From positions 1 to 64,000 of the forward strand of contig JAFGSQ010000010.1 of the NCBI GenBank assembly GCA_016934535.1: 64,000 bases of DNA. Reading direction: 5' to 3'. Shown in pieces: positions 8,812 through 18,783 of the stretch (the first letter of the stretch is position 1; each line of letters opens with the position of its first letter). A model generated the notes under the pieces. That model was not told the origin of the DNA. It searched no databases and worked only from the letters and a program-made list of their open reading frames with translations. The position numbers and the translations under genes are program-made. The DNA comes from a candidate division WOR-3 bacterium. Lineage in GTDB: Bacteria > SDB-A.

Positions 8812-10584
8812 CTATTCTTTGTAAACGGCGTCTTTCGGGCAAACTTCCATGCATTTACCGCATGATATGCATAATTCGGCGTCTATGACATGCACTTTTT
8901 TAGGTTCTCCGGAAATTGCTTTCACCGGACATTTCTTTGCGCAAAGCGTACAACCTATGCATTTTTCAGGGTCTATAACGTATTTGACGAGTGCGGAACA
9001 TACTCTGGCAGGACATTTTTTGTCAATTATGTGCGCTTCGTATTCGCTCAAAAAATATTTCAGGGTCGTCAGAACGGGATTCGGGGCTGTCTGGCCGAGT
9101 CCGCATAGCGAAGCGGATTTTATTTTTTCCGCCAATTCGTAAAGTTTCGGGATGTCTTCACGTTCGCCTTCTCCATTGGTTATCCTGGTCAAAATCTCGA
9201 GCATTTTCTTGGTCCCGATTCTGCAGAAAGTGCATTTACCGCAAGATTCTTTCTGAGTGAAGCTGAGAAAAAATCTCGCAACGTCTACCATGCAAGTGTC
9301 CTCGTCCATGACTATCAGACCGCCGGATCCCATAATCGCTCCGGTTTTGACAATTTCCTCATAGTCAATGGAAATGCCGCACATATCAGCGGGTATGCAT
9401 CCTCCGGACGGTCCGCCCATCTGCACAGCTTTAAGTTTTTTTCCGTTTCTTATCCCTCCTGCGATTTCGTTGACGACCTCATTGATCGTCAGTCCCATGG
9501 GGACTTCTATCAATCCGCTTCTGTTTATCTTTCCCGCAAGAGCGAATACTTTCGTCCCTTTGCTTTTTTCAGTTCCGACACATGCGAATTTTTCGGCGCC
9601 GTTCATAATTATCCAAGGAATGTTCGCGAATGTTTCGACATTGTTAATATTAGTAGGCTTTCCCCACAACCCGCTGACTGCCGGAAAGGGCGGTCTTACT
9701 CTCGGCATCCCTCTTTTCCCTTCTATTGAAGCGATGAGAGCGGTCTCTTCTCCGCAAACGAAAGCTCCGGCTCCTTCTTTTATTCTCAATGAAAACGCGA
9801 AGGGACTCTTGAAAATCCCGCTTCCGAGGTATCCTCTTTCCGTGGCTGAATTTATAGCTATTTTCAGTCTTTCTATTGCCTTGGGATATTCCGCTCTGAC
9901 GTAAATGTAGCCTTCCTGAGCGCCGACGGCGTAGGCGCAAATAAGCATTCCTTCAATTACGGAATGAGGATCGCTTTCGAGGACGCTTCTGTCCATGAAA
10001 GCGCCCGGGTCGCCTTCGTCGGCGTTGCATATCACGTATTTTTTATCGCCTGGGCTCATCTTCGTAAAAAGCCATTTTCGTCCCGTAGGGAATCCGCCTC
10101 CGCCTCTGCCCCTCAGACCGCTGGCCGTTATTTCTTCAATGACTTCCTCGGGAGTGTAATCGAAAATGACTTTTTCAAGCGCTGCATAACCGTCCCTGTC
10201 GATGTAATCATCAATGCTTTCTGGATTTATAATGCCGCAGTTTCTTAGGACGACACGCATTTGTTTTGAAAAAAGATCGGCTTCCCCCTTCTTGTCGAAA
10301 TCATAGACGACAAGATCTTCTATCTCCCCGTCTTCAATGACCGCTTCTTCGAGAATCCGGACAGCTTTTTCGGTGTCAATTTCGCCGAATATTGTTTTTG
10401 TGCCGTCTTCTTTTCTCAACTCGACAAGGGGCTCTTTGTAGCACATTCCAATGCACCCTGTTTTTTCAAGTCTCACTTTGTCGTGCAGATTCTTTTCGTT
10501 TATAAGTTCCGCCAGATGATTCCAAACTTTTTCAGCTCCGGCGGATATTCCGCAAGTCCCCATTCCGACGAGCAGCGTTTTCAT
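8812..10584 (-). CDS. nuoF: NuoF/HydB-like NADH-binding FMN subunit (StnB type)
   Basis: N-terminal thioredoxin-like [2Fe-2S] (GTCG...GCIGMC), GRGGGGFPTG, NADEGDPGAFMDR, CGEETAL, CGKCTFCR, C-terminal 2x[4Fe-4S]. Confidence 0.92.
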   Translation of the reverse strand: MKTLLVGMGTCGISAGAEKVWNHLAELINEKNLHDKVRLEKTGCIGMCYKEPLVELRKEDGTKTIFGEIDTEKAVRILEEAVIEDGEIEDLVVYDFDKKGEADLFSKQMRVVLRNCGIINPESIDDYIDRDGYAALEKVIFDYTPEEVIEEITASGLRGRGGGGFPTGRKWLFTKMSPGDKKYVICNADEGDPGAFMDRSVLESDPHSVIEGMLICAYAVGAQEGYIYVRAEYPKAIERLKIAINSATERGYLGSGIFKSPFAFSLRIKEGAGAFVCGEETALIASIEGKRGMPRVRPPFPAVSGLWGKPTNINNVETFANIPWIIMNGAEKFACVGTEKSKGTKVFALAGKINRSGLIEVPMGLTINEVVNEIAGGIRNGKKLKAVQMGGPSGGCIPADMCGISIDYEEIVKTGAIMGSGGLIVMDEDTCMVDVARFFLSFTQKESCGKCTFCRIGTKKMLEILTRITNGEGEREDIPKLYELAEKIKSASLCGLGQTAPNPVLTTLKYFLSEYEAHIIDKKCPARVCSALVKYVIDPEKCIGCTLCAKKCPVKAISGEPKKVHVIDAELCISCGKCMEVCPKDAVYKE

Positions 10585-11075
10585 TTTTTGTCTCCTTCAT
10601 TTTTTCTGTACGAATCCAGAATACTGCGAATCGAATCAGGGGTCAGTTTTCCGTAAGTTTCATCGTCAATCATTACAGCCGGAGAAAGGCTGCAGCAGCC
10701 GAGACACGCCACAGACTGCAGGGTGAATAATCCGTCTTCAGTGTTTTCGTTTTCTCCGACTGAAAGGTGCTCTTCGACCGCTTTCATAATCTCCTTCGAA
10801 CCGTTGACGTGACAGGCGGTGCCCTGGCAGACCTTGATTATATGCTTGCCTACAGGCTTTAGCCTGAACTGTTTATAAAACGTAGCCACTCCGTATATAC
10901 TGCTCTGTGGAATCGTTGTCGCTTCGGATATAACTGAGACGATTTCCGACGGCACGTATGAATAGATATCCTGAGCTGCCTGCAAAAGCGGTATTATTGA
11001 CCCTTTATCTTTGCCGTATCTCCTGAGTTGTCTTCTGAACATCTCGTCTTTAATCTGTTTCGATGCGGATACCAT
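10581..11075 (-). CDS. nuoE: NuoE/HydC-like [2Fe-2S] subunit (StnA type)
   Basis: GVATFY, CQGTACH, ACLGCC; SD GGAGG; 4-nt overlap with nuoF. Confidence 0.92.
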   Translation of the reverse strand: MVSASKQIKDEMFRRQLRRYGKDKGSIIPLLQAAQDIYSYVPSEIVSVISEATTIPQSSIYGVATFYKQFRLKPVGKHIIKVCQGTACHVNGSKEIMKAVEEHLSVGENENTEDGLFTLQSVACLGCCSLSPAVMIDDETYGKLTPDSIRSILDSYRKNEGDKK

Positions 11076-11128
11076 CTGACCTCCATCATTTTACAATTTA
11101 AGCGCGGCGATGTATAATCCCGCTGATC

Positions 11129-12811
11129 ATGTTCAACTGCGCAAGAAAGTCTTTTTATCTGATCGGAGATTTCTCAAAAAAACCGACTCCGGAAAAAATA
11201 CAACACTTTTCCTTTTTCCTGTTCATGTTGGTTTTTTTTCTCGCTCCTCTTGTGTCTAAAAACAGACATTTATCGAGCGGTGGAATTTTCACATCCGCCG
11301 TGCTCGCTGTCGCAATTTTCGTTATTATTTCATACTTTCGCAAAATTGACAACATCCCGCTTTCATTGCCTTTTTTAATCACTTTCACGATTTTTTCTGC
11401 TTTTTCCGCCGTTTTTTCAGAAGAAAAAGAGCTCTCAACGGTCCAGGTTTCATATTTTTTTTCGTGGTCAGCCGCTTTTTTTTGCGGATACGCCTTCAGG
11501 GAAAAAAGAGACTTGTTTTACCGGATTGCGGTTTTCTCGGCTTCTGCCGCTCTCATTTACTCGCTTTGGCAGTACTTTGTAATTTTCCCCGCCATTAAAG
11601 ACATGCTGGCTTCAGGTTCAGGTCTTGTTGAAACGTCTTCGGAACTTATTTCCGCAGGAAGGATATTTTCGACTTTTCAGTATCCGAACTCGTTTGCCGC
11701 CTATCTTCTGCTCGTTTCGGGATTGATATGGATTTTACTTGAAAAAAATGACAGCGGCTCCATATTGAAAGCGTTTCTGTGCGTGGTCTGGTTCTCGGTT
11801 TCATTTTTCATCTACCTGACCTCTTCGAGACTCGCTTTAGCGCTTTGGGCTCTTTTTATAGTAGGAACCGCGATCTATTTTTATAAAAAAAACAAAAAAA
11901 TGCTTTTTTTGATAACAGTGCTCGCCCTGGCGGGCACTTCGACGGCAGTGATAATTAACAGATCGAACGAAGAACCGGCCACCAGGGAAATTCACGAAAG
12001 GGCTCACTCACTCAAAACCGATTCCGGATCAAAACTTCTCACTTTTTACGGTGCCGTAAACATGACTCTGGACAATCCTTTTACCGGATCCGGACCGGGA
12101 ATGTTTAAAAGACAATATCCGCGATACAGACCGGTTGGCCAGACGGACGTCCCCTCCTCCGCTCACAACATCATACTTGACGTGTCCTCGACCGCCGGGA
12201 TCCCTGCCTCCTTGTTTCTCGCCGCCGCGCTTTTCTTTATCCTCGCGGATTCATTATCTTTTCCCCTTCTGTTTTTCACTTTTCTGTCTTTACTACTTCA
12301 TTCACTCGGCGACTGGGATTTCAACAACTTCGGAATTTCTATTGTTTTTTTCACATTAGCCGGAGCCCATTCAAAACCTTGCGCTTTGAAAAAGCCGAAG
12401 CTTTTTTCTCTCGCTCTTGCCCTTTCATTTCCATTTTTTATTTTTTTTTCAATGAGGTCGGGTATCGCCGGAAGGTTTTACGAAAGAGGGGATTTTCTTC
12501 TGCGTTTTGGACACCCGGAATCGGCCGTTTTTTACTCGGACAGAGCCATTCAAATCAACCCATCAAGAGCCGATTACTTCTTTTTGAAAGGTTTGTCCTT
12601 CCGCGACCCGGACAGCGCCGAAAACGCTTTTCTTGAGGCATCGGCACGCTCTCCTCTGTGGTTCGAACCGTATTATCATCTCGGTAAAATAAACATGGCG
12701 AGCGGCGACTGTATATCGGCAAGGCGTTACTTTGAAACGGCTTACGGTTTGTTCCCGTCGTCCGTGGAAATTAAAAGTCTTCTCGATTCACTGGAATCTC
12801 AAGGCCGTTGA
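11129..12811 (+). CDS. O-antigen ligase/Wzy_C family membrane protein with C-terminal TPRs
   Basis: Many TM helices; STFQYPNSFAAYL, TSSR, PFTGSGPG, AHNIIL, LLHSLGD motifs; TPR tail. Confidence 0.85.
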   Translation: MFNCARKSFYLIGDFSKKPTPEKIQHFSFFLFMLVFFLAPLVSKNRHLSSGGIFTSAVLAVAIFVIISYFRKIDNIPLSLPFLITFTIFSAFSAVFSEEKELSTVQVSYFFSWSAAFFCGYAFREKRDLFYRIAVFSASAALIYSLWQYFVIFPAIKDMLASGSGLVETSSELISAGRIFSTFQYPNSFAAYLLLVSGLIWILLEKNDSGSILKAFLCVVWFSVSFFIYLTSSRLALALWALFIVGTAIYFYKKNKKMLFLITVLALAGTSTAVIINRSNEEPATREIHERAHSLKTDSGSKLLTFYGAVNMTLDNPFTGSGPGMFKRQYPRYRPVGQTDVPSSAHNIILDVSSTAGIPASLFLAAALFFILADSLSFPLLFFTFLSLLLHSLGDWDFNNFGISIVFFTLAGAHSKPCALKKPKLFSLALALSFPFFIFFSMRSGIAGRFYERGDFLLRFGHPESAVFYSDRAIQINPSRADYFFLKGLSFRDPDSAENAFLEASARSPLWFEPYYHLGKINMASGDCISARRYFETAYGLFPSSVEIKSLLDSLESQGR

Positions 12812-12979
12812 TCTTTTAACAGGAAAGATTTTATCGAAACCTGCCTGTTTACTCGAAGCAATTTGCCTTCCATGCCGTAATATAAATTACCTTGTTTGTT
12901 TGGATGATTTACAGAATGTTAAGAAATTTTCCTTTTAAATCATTATAAGTGTAAAAATTTTGATGTACAATATTTATAT

Positions 12980-13747
12980 ATGGTTCGGCATCAGGCATCA
13001 AAAGTCCTCGTGGCAATACTCAAGAATAAAGAGGATTTGCTTATCGCGAGAGATCTTCACTGGTACAGGATACCCGTAGATAAAGCGGACAAGCTCCTGT
13101 CGAAGAAATGGCCGCCGGAATGGCTCGCTTTTTACATGCCGAAAATATTCGGAAAAGAGGCGTTTTCGGTGAGACATTACGCCCGGGTTTTGAGGATTGA
13201 AAAGGCGAAAAGATGGCAGTTGTTCCCTCAAAACCCTTTGAACAATGACAGCGACAAGGAATACTATCAGTTGCTGATATCGGATCTTTACAACCTGGTT
13301 CAACCCATCCACAGTAAAAGATTGAGAAGGATAGTTTTCATTCAGACAAGCTTGAAAAAACTCCTCTCGGCCGAAGAGATCAACGATCTCTATGAAGGCA
13401 GTAAAATTGAAGAAAAGATGTGGAATGAATTGAAAATCAGAAATATCAGCGCCGAAAGACAGGTTTTGATAAGTTCCGGAGAGAAAAACTATTTTCTCGA
13501 TTTTGCCATATACTGCAAAAAAGGCAGGATCGACGTGGAAACTGACGGCGATTTTTGGCACAACAATCCGAAAACGGCTGTAAAAGACAACGAAAGGAAC
13601 AACGACCTCGCCTCTCTGGGCTGGCAGGTTCTGCGTTTTTCATCTGGTCAAATTGATAAAGACGGAGCCCGGTATTGCATGAACAAGATAATTCAAACCA
13701 TAAATGCCTTGTCGGGTTTTGACCGTTGTCAGCGCGAAAAAAAATAG
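12980..13747 (+). CDS. DUF559 (Vsr-like PD-(D/E)XK) endonuclease-domain protein with additional N-terminal domain
   Basis: C-terminal YFLDFA...VETDGDFWH...DNERNNDL...GWQVLRF; N-terminal HWYRIP domain. Confidence 0.8.
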   Translation: MVRHQASKVLVAILKNKEDLLIARDLHWYRIPVDKADKLLSKKWPPEWLAFYMPKIFGKEAFSVRHYARVLRIEKAKRWQLFPQNPLNNDSDKEYYQLLISDLYNLVQPIHSKRLRRIVFIQTSLKKLLSAEEINDLYEGSKIEEKMWNELKIRNISAERQVLISSGEKNYFLDFAIYCKKGRIDVETDGDFWHNNPKTAVKDNERNNDLASLGWQVLRFSSGQIDKDGARYCMNKIIQTINALSGFDRCQREKK

Positions 13748-13889
13748 AAGGATTCAGACCTCATTGTCTCTATGGAATAACATTGACTTCAATTTCAAAC
13801 AGCACAATATTTACAAGCATTTTCTGTATAAATTTACATCAGTTTTGTTGTAAAATCTTTTTAACGCGCACAAATCCAAGGGAGGCAAA

Positions 13890-14426
13890 ATGAGAAAGAG
13901 CATTTTACTGATAGCTTTGCCGGCTGCGGTTTTTCTACTCTCGTGCAGTAAAAGCACAAGGGACGGGGCAGACACAACCGCTGTTTCCGACACATCTGCT
14001 GCTGTTGTCCCTGATGAGCCTATGAATCCCAAAGAGCTCGGAGAAGAAATAGGTTCGGTTTATCTGAAAGCCCTTGAAGATGTAACCGATCTGATCAAAG
14101 ATAAACCCGACGCAGAGGAAATAAGACCTGCCGTCGAAGAACTGAAAGAAGCCAACATTCAGATCCTGGTTGAACTCGGAAAACTCAGAGAGGCTATGAA
14201 CCCCTCCGACAGAGGGCTCGTGGACATAGCCATCATGGGAAAACTCGACAGCTTGAGTAAAGTTGAGTGGTACACGACGTACACGACAGTAATCTCTGAA
14301 TATGCTTCAACGAACAGGGATTTCTACGACCTTCTTTCTAGCTTCAACATAATAGGCCAGTACGCTAATTTTGATCTTCTGAAAAACCAGGAACCCGAAG
14401 AAGCAAAACGCCTCGGTATTGAGTAA
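13890..14426 (+). CDS. Hypothetical lipoprotein
   Basis: SD GGAGG; lipobox LLSC after a hydrophobic signal. Confidence 0.8.
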   Translation: MRKSILLIALPAAVFLLSCSKSTRDGADTTAVSDTSAAVVPDEPMNPKELGEEIGSVYLKALEDVTDLIKDKPDAEEIRPAVEELKEANIQILVELGKLREAMNPSDRGLVDIAIMGKLDSLSKVEWYTTYTTVISEYASTNRDFYDLLSSFNIIGQYANFDLLKNQEPEEAKRLGIE

Positions 14427-14591
14427 CGAGGTAAATCAGGACTGCCGGCATGAAGACCGCAAAATAACCGGCTTCATACCGCTTCTTGACGATTGGGACC
14501 GGTGAGTCTTACAACGAAGAGCCGTGCGCTGCAGGACTGTCGCCGCTGCAAACGCCTGCAGCGGCAGCTTCAGTCTTATTTTTCAAAATCA

Positions 14592-15278
14592 TCAGTTTTC
14601 ATTCCGCAGCGAAATTAATGTTTCGTAACGCCTCAGCGCTTTTTTCCCTGAATCGTTGAGAATATAAAGGCCTTTTGATTTTCTATCGAACCAGCCGTAG
14701 AAATTGTTATGAAGAACTCTCTGCGTTTTCTCAAAACAGCCCATTTCTCTCAGCTTTTTCGGACTTGATTCTCCGCATTTTTCGAGAGCCGAAGCTATCT
14801 TTATGGCTTCAAGCCTGTATGAAGTGATTTTTTCAGCGGATCCTGAACTGCCCGACACGTTTAATTCGGCGTATCTCCCATGGATTTCATTGAGAACCGC
14901 GCGAAGCTTTTTCTTCGATTTTCTTTTTGCGAAAGGAAGGGGTTGCAAAAGTATTTCGACTCTTGTTTTTTTCTTCATGAAATAAACGGCTATGAGTCCT
15001 ATTTCAAGTGTCCGCAAGAGTTTTCTTACACTTCTATAATTTCGCGTCCACTTTTTTTCAGATGAAACAGGTACTGCGACGTAGACCGAGTCCGTAATCT
15101 CTTTTCTCAGATTGGCCTGCGCCAGAAGAGCCACAGAAAGGCGGGTTTTCATCTCGACAACAACGATTTCACCGTCTTTTCTTGCAACGATATCACAGTT
15201 GTTGACTTCGCAGTTTACAGAGTATCCCTGCGATTCAAGAAAACGCTTGAGGGGCGAATGGAGGTCCGTCTCTTTCAT
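14592..15278 (-). CDS. DUF2161 family putative PD-(D/E)XK nuclease
   Basis: MKETDLHSPLKRFLESQGYSV...CDIVA...VVEMK; ITSYR; NFYGWFDR. Confidence 0.85.
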   Translation of the reverse strand: MKETDLHSPLKRFLESQGYSVNCEVNNCDIVARKDGEIVVVEMKTRLSVALLAQANLRKEITDSVYVAVPVSSEKKWTRNYRSVRKLLRTLEIGLIAVYFMKKKTRVEILLQPLPFAKRKSKKKLRAVLNEIHGRYAELNVSGSSGSAEKITSYRLEAIKIASALEKCGESSPKKLREMGCFEKTQRVLHNNFYGWFDRKSKGLYILNDSGKKALRRYETLISLRNEN

Positions 15279-15529
15279 CTTTCAATATATCCGGCTTATT
15301 TACCGGGAAATTCCCTCAAAATAAAACAGGCGTCATTGATCCGGAACTGCCTTTTTAAGGCTGTCAAATAAATGACGTTTCGCATCTTTCCCTCTCTTTT
15401 CCGCGGTTCAATGTTAAACTGATAATATTATTCTGCAAAAGCCATACGCCGAAACGAGGCACCTCGGCGAACCGCTTACACATTTTACTCCGCTGAACGC
15501 AAAACAGGAAGAAGAAGGCGGTTTCTATT

Positions 15530-16546
15530 TCACCAGACGGTTATCGTCTGCGGTCCGTCGCCTATGAGCCATTTTCGGGTAACTGAGTCGCCTGTGACCT
15601 CGGCAATACTGTCTGCGCCGAAACAGGCGACATATACCTTTCCCCCACAATATTCGACGTCCATGGCTCCTTCAGGAACGATAATCGGATTCGCGTTGCC
15701 CCTCAATATCTCTCCGTTTTTTCTGTACAGGTAGAGGTTTCCGCTCCCTCCCCACCCGCCGGCCGAGACATAAACGCTGTCGTTTCCTGAAGAGCAGAGC
15801 CTCATGGGCGTTCCTTCAATCAGGATGCTGTCTTTGACGCTCAGATTTACGGGATCGATAATGTAAATCCTTCCGTTGACAGTGATTCCCCAGTCTCCCG
15901 TGCAGGAAACGTGTATTTCGCCGCCCACGGCGGTCATGTACTGAGGATTCGTACCGACCTTTATGCTGTCCAAAACTGAATCTGATACAGCGCTGACAGC
16001 ATAAACATATCCCTGTCCGTAACTGTAGGTCGCCGAATTATAGCCCGTGCAAGCGACAAATACAGTTTGGCCTTCTGCAAGAACTCCTTCCGGGGCTTTT
16101 CCTACGTTTATTCTTTTCTTTATTTCATAAGGATTTGCCGTGGCTACTACGAGTTCGTCGGACATAAAGCACGATGTGTAAATCTTAGAGTTGTGGCAAT
16201 CCAATCCGAATGGATTTACGGTACCTCCGAGACTGATAGAAGACTCAAAACAAATGCCGTCTCCGCTTTTTCTGTACCTGTCGAGAGTCGATGACTGGGA
16301 ACAGACAACATAGAGGAATCCCCCCATTGTGTCGACATCGTTTGGGACTTGCCCTGTGCCAACAGCATTGACGACTGCGCTCCAGTCGGAAGTTTTGACG
16401 AACGAAACCGTTTCCGCCAAATTGTTTATCACGATTATCCAGCATTCCGTCGTGACATTTCCTCCCGGCCCAGCGGGCGAAGATGTTTTTGAACACGAAA
16501 ACAACATCACAAACAGCAGAAGTCCGCAGAATTTCTTTCTTACCAT
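15530..16546 (-). CDS. YncE/YVTN beta-propeller lipoprotein (BtuG-like cobalamin-binding candidate)
   Basis: Lipobox LFSC; repeated (I/V)xVGxxP blades; overlaps the upstream TonB receptor; downstream of a cobalamin riboswitch. Confidence 0.75.
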   Translation of the reverse strand: MVRKKFCGLLLFVMLFSCSKTSSPAGPGGNVTTECWIIVINNLAETVSFVKTSDWSAVVNAVGTGQVPNDVDTMGGFLYVVCSQSSTLDRYRKSGDGICFESSISLGGTVNPFGLDCHNSKIYTSCFMSDELVVATANPYEIKKRINVGKAPEGVLAEGQTVFVACTGYNSATYSYGQGYVYAVSAVSDSVLDSIKVGTNPQYMTAVGGEIHVSCTGDWGITVNGRIYIIDPVNLSVKDSILIEGTPMRLCSSGNDSVYVSAGGWGGSGNLYLYRKNGEILRGNANPIIVPEGAMDVEYCGGKVYVACFGADSIAEVTGDSVTRKWLIGDGPQTITVW

Positions 16547-18720
16547 TTTACACTCACCTCAGTTTTAAAAATTCTTCCTTCAACAGGCATTTGTTCCACG
16601 ACCATATATCTATCATCAAAAATGTTTTTCACTGAAAAAACAAAAGTCCATTCAGAGTGCATAATACTCCTTGAACAAGATACAAATACGTCAAAAACTC
16701 TGTATGGATTGAGGGACGTATTTGAAATTCCGAGAGGATCCGTGTTCGCCTCTCTCGTATATCTTCTGGCAACAGCCCTGTACAATACTTCCGCCGAAAA
16801 AACCCCTCTTTTATATCCCGTTTCCGAAGAGAATCTATAAACCGGGCGATAAGTTATGTAATTTCCGTAATTGATGTCTCCGCCAGTCCTGTTCTTTACG
16901 TCCTGAAGGGAAAGCCCAAGCTTAAAATAAAAACCGGCGGGTATATCCGCACTTAAATAAAAATCACAGCCCAGCCCTTTGGCCTTTCCAAGGTTGAAGG
17001 GTTGATACTGCCCTTTGAAATTTCTTCTCCACACGATCATGTCTTCGAGAATTCCGTAGAAACCTGAAACCGAAAACGACCAGCCCGGCAAGCTTGATCC
17101 TGTCATATTAAAATTCAAGCCGAGTGTGTTGGAAATTTCCGGCTTTAAATCGGGATTGCCCGAAGAATAAACCGTTTCAACCGTGTGCGTGTTAGAAAAA
17201 TCCGGATAATGTATGTTGCGTGAAAAACCGACACCGCCCGAGGACACTGACGTGGAAGAGTGAGAAGAGATATTCAGTCCGGCCGAATACGACCAGAATA
17301 CTTTGCTTTTGCCGTTTGCGCGGCAGATTGACGGAGCAAGTTCAAAATCAAGTCTTCCTTTGCAGACCCCAAGGGATTTAGTCAGAATAGTTGCCAGGGA
17401 AAGAATTATTTCGCTTCTCCTTGCTCTGATTTCGGGTAAAAAATCCCTCAGACCGTCCCTGAAAAAATAATTCTGATTGTTCCAGCGGCAATCTATTATC
17501 AGTTCCGCCCAGGAACTTACCGAAGGTGTGAAATTTAACGACATATCCGTCCGGGTTGAGACGGTTTCTGAACTTTCCGGGAAAAAATAAGCGCTGTCGT
17601 TTTGACCGGGGATGGGTTGTCTTTCAGGGCAGAAATAGAAATTACTCGTCAAACCGTGCGAAACCGACAAGGCACAAGGAACTCCGAAAAACGATACGGG
17701 CAGTTTTGCCCATGCCGTAAAGTTACAATCGTTCATCCTTGACAAAGTCATAAGCGTACCGTCCGCTTGACCAGGTATTCCTTTCTCACGAGCGCTTCCG
17801 GCGACGGACAATTCAATTTTCCTTATAAAATAAGAAAAAATTCTCATTACACCCCTCAGGGATTTCGAATCGCTGTTTGAGATAACTCCGCCGGGGTAAC
17901 CTTCGGCCGGGTATCCTCCGGAATAACCGTCGAAAGAAACGTCGAGAGATATTTTCTCCTTTTCCGTCAAAGGAAATCCCGAACCGAAGCCTAATCTTGC
18001 GGCGATCAATCCGTAAGAACCCGACAATACAGATATCTCGTTTTCTTCTCTTTCCTGACCTTTGAGGAATATCATAATTCGGCCTCCGGGCTCCGAACCG
18101 GCTCCCGGATTATTTACTACGACGATTCTTTTTACCGAAGTGATAGGTATCGAAGAGAGATCAAAAGCGCCGGTAACGGCGCTGTTCACTTTTACACCGT
18201 CGACATATATGCCTACTCTCCCTGCTGACGGGCCGCTCAGCGAAACGCTTGACACATCACCCGCGTTTTGCCTGCTTATCGTAACTCCGGCTATTCCTTC
18301 CAGAACGTCAGGCAAGTCGAAGCACCCTGAACCCTCAATGTTTTCCGAATCAATGATGATAATATTGCCTTCGGTCCTTTTCTCTCCCCAGACGGTTATC
18401 CCCTCTGCTTCTATAGACTGGGACTCCAAGAAAACAAACATTTGCCTTGTTTCAGTCTGTTCAATCTCCAGGAAGAACACACGTTTCTCATAGCCGATCC
18501 TCCGTACAGACAACATGTGTTGACCCCACGGAATGCTCTGTACATGGAATTCACCGCCGGGTCCGGTAATACATACAAGCCTTTCATCGACGAATATGGA
18601 TGCGGCTTCTATGGGAGATAAATCGGCGGCGTCTTTCACCACACCGTATAGGGCGGCGCTTTCAAGCGTCAAACGGAATAATGATATAAAAACGAACCCA
18701 GAAATAAAAAACCCCTCCAT
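16540..18720 (-). CDS. btuB: TonB-dependent receptor, probable cobalamin transporter
   Basis: N-terminal carboxypeptidase-regulatory-like domain, plug (LEGIAGV...IYVDGV), GNPDLKPE, KNIFD...GR...W end; riboswitch upstream. Start codon uncertain. Confidence 0.82.
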   Translation of the reverse strand: MEGFFISGFVFISLFRLTLESAALYGVVKDAADLSPIEAASIFVDERLVCITGPGGEFHVQSIPWGQHMLSVRRIGYEKRVFFLEIEQTETRQMFVFLESQSIEAEGITVWGEKRTEGNIIIIDSENIEGSGCFDLPDVLEGIAGVTISRQNAGDVSSVSLSGPSAGRVGIYVDGVKVNSAVTGAFDLSSIPITSVKRIVVVNNPGAGSEPGGRIMIFLKGQEREENEISVLSGSYGLIAARLGFGSGFPLTEKEKISLDVSFDGYSGGYPAEGYPGGVISNSDSKSLRGVMRIFSYFIRKIELSVAGSAREKGIPGQADGTLMTLSRMNDCNFTAWAKLPVSFFGVPCALSVSHGLTSNFYFCPERQPIPGQNDSAYFFPESSETVSTRTDMSLNFTPSVSSWAELIIDCRWNNQNYFFRDGLRDFLPEIRARRSEIILSLATILTKSLGVCKGRLDFELAPSICRANGKSKVFWSYSAGLNISSHSSTSVSSGGVGFSRNIHYPDFSNTHTVETVYSSGNPDLKPEISNTLGLNFNMTGSSLPGWSFSVSGFYGILEDMIVWRRNFKGQYQPFNLGKAKGLGCDFYLSADIPAGFYFKLGLSLQDVKNRTGGDINYGNYITYRPVYRFSSETGYKRGVFSAEVLYRAVARRYTREANTDPLGISNTSLNPYRVFDVFVSCSRSIMHSEWTFVFSVKNIFDDRYMVVEQMPVEGRIFKTEVSVKW

Positions 18721-18733
18721 TCAATGGAGAGGT
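18702..18733 (-). terminator. Riboswitch expression-platform hairpin (terminator and/or SD sequester)
   Basis: Minus strand ACCTCTCCAT-tga-ATGGAGGGGT followed by TTTTTATTT; contains the called ATG and a GGAGG. Confidence 0.6.
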
Positions 18734-18783
18734 CATGCACAAGCTTTTCGCCCGCACACGAACCCCCCGTCGTGCGTAACTAA

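Noticed and set aside
14430-14575. Riboswitch or ncRNA between convergent genes (hairpins near 14446-14481 and 14542-14565)
   Set aside because: Only simple hairpins; a partial likeness to a fluoride riboswitch fails the consensus, and the position is 3' of both genes.
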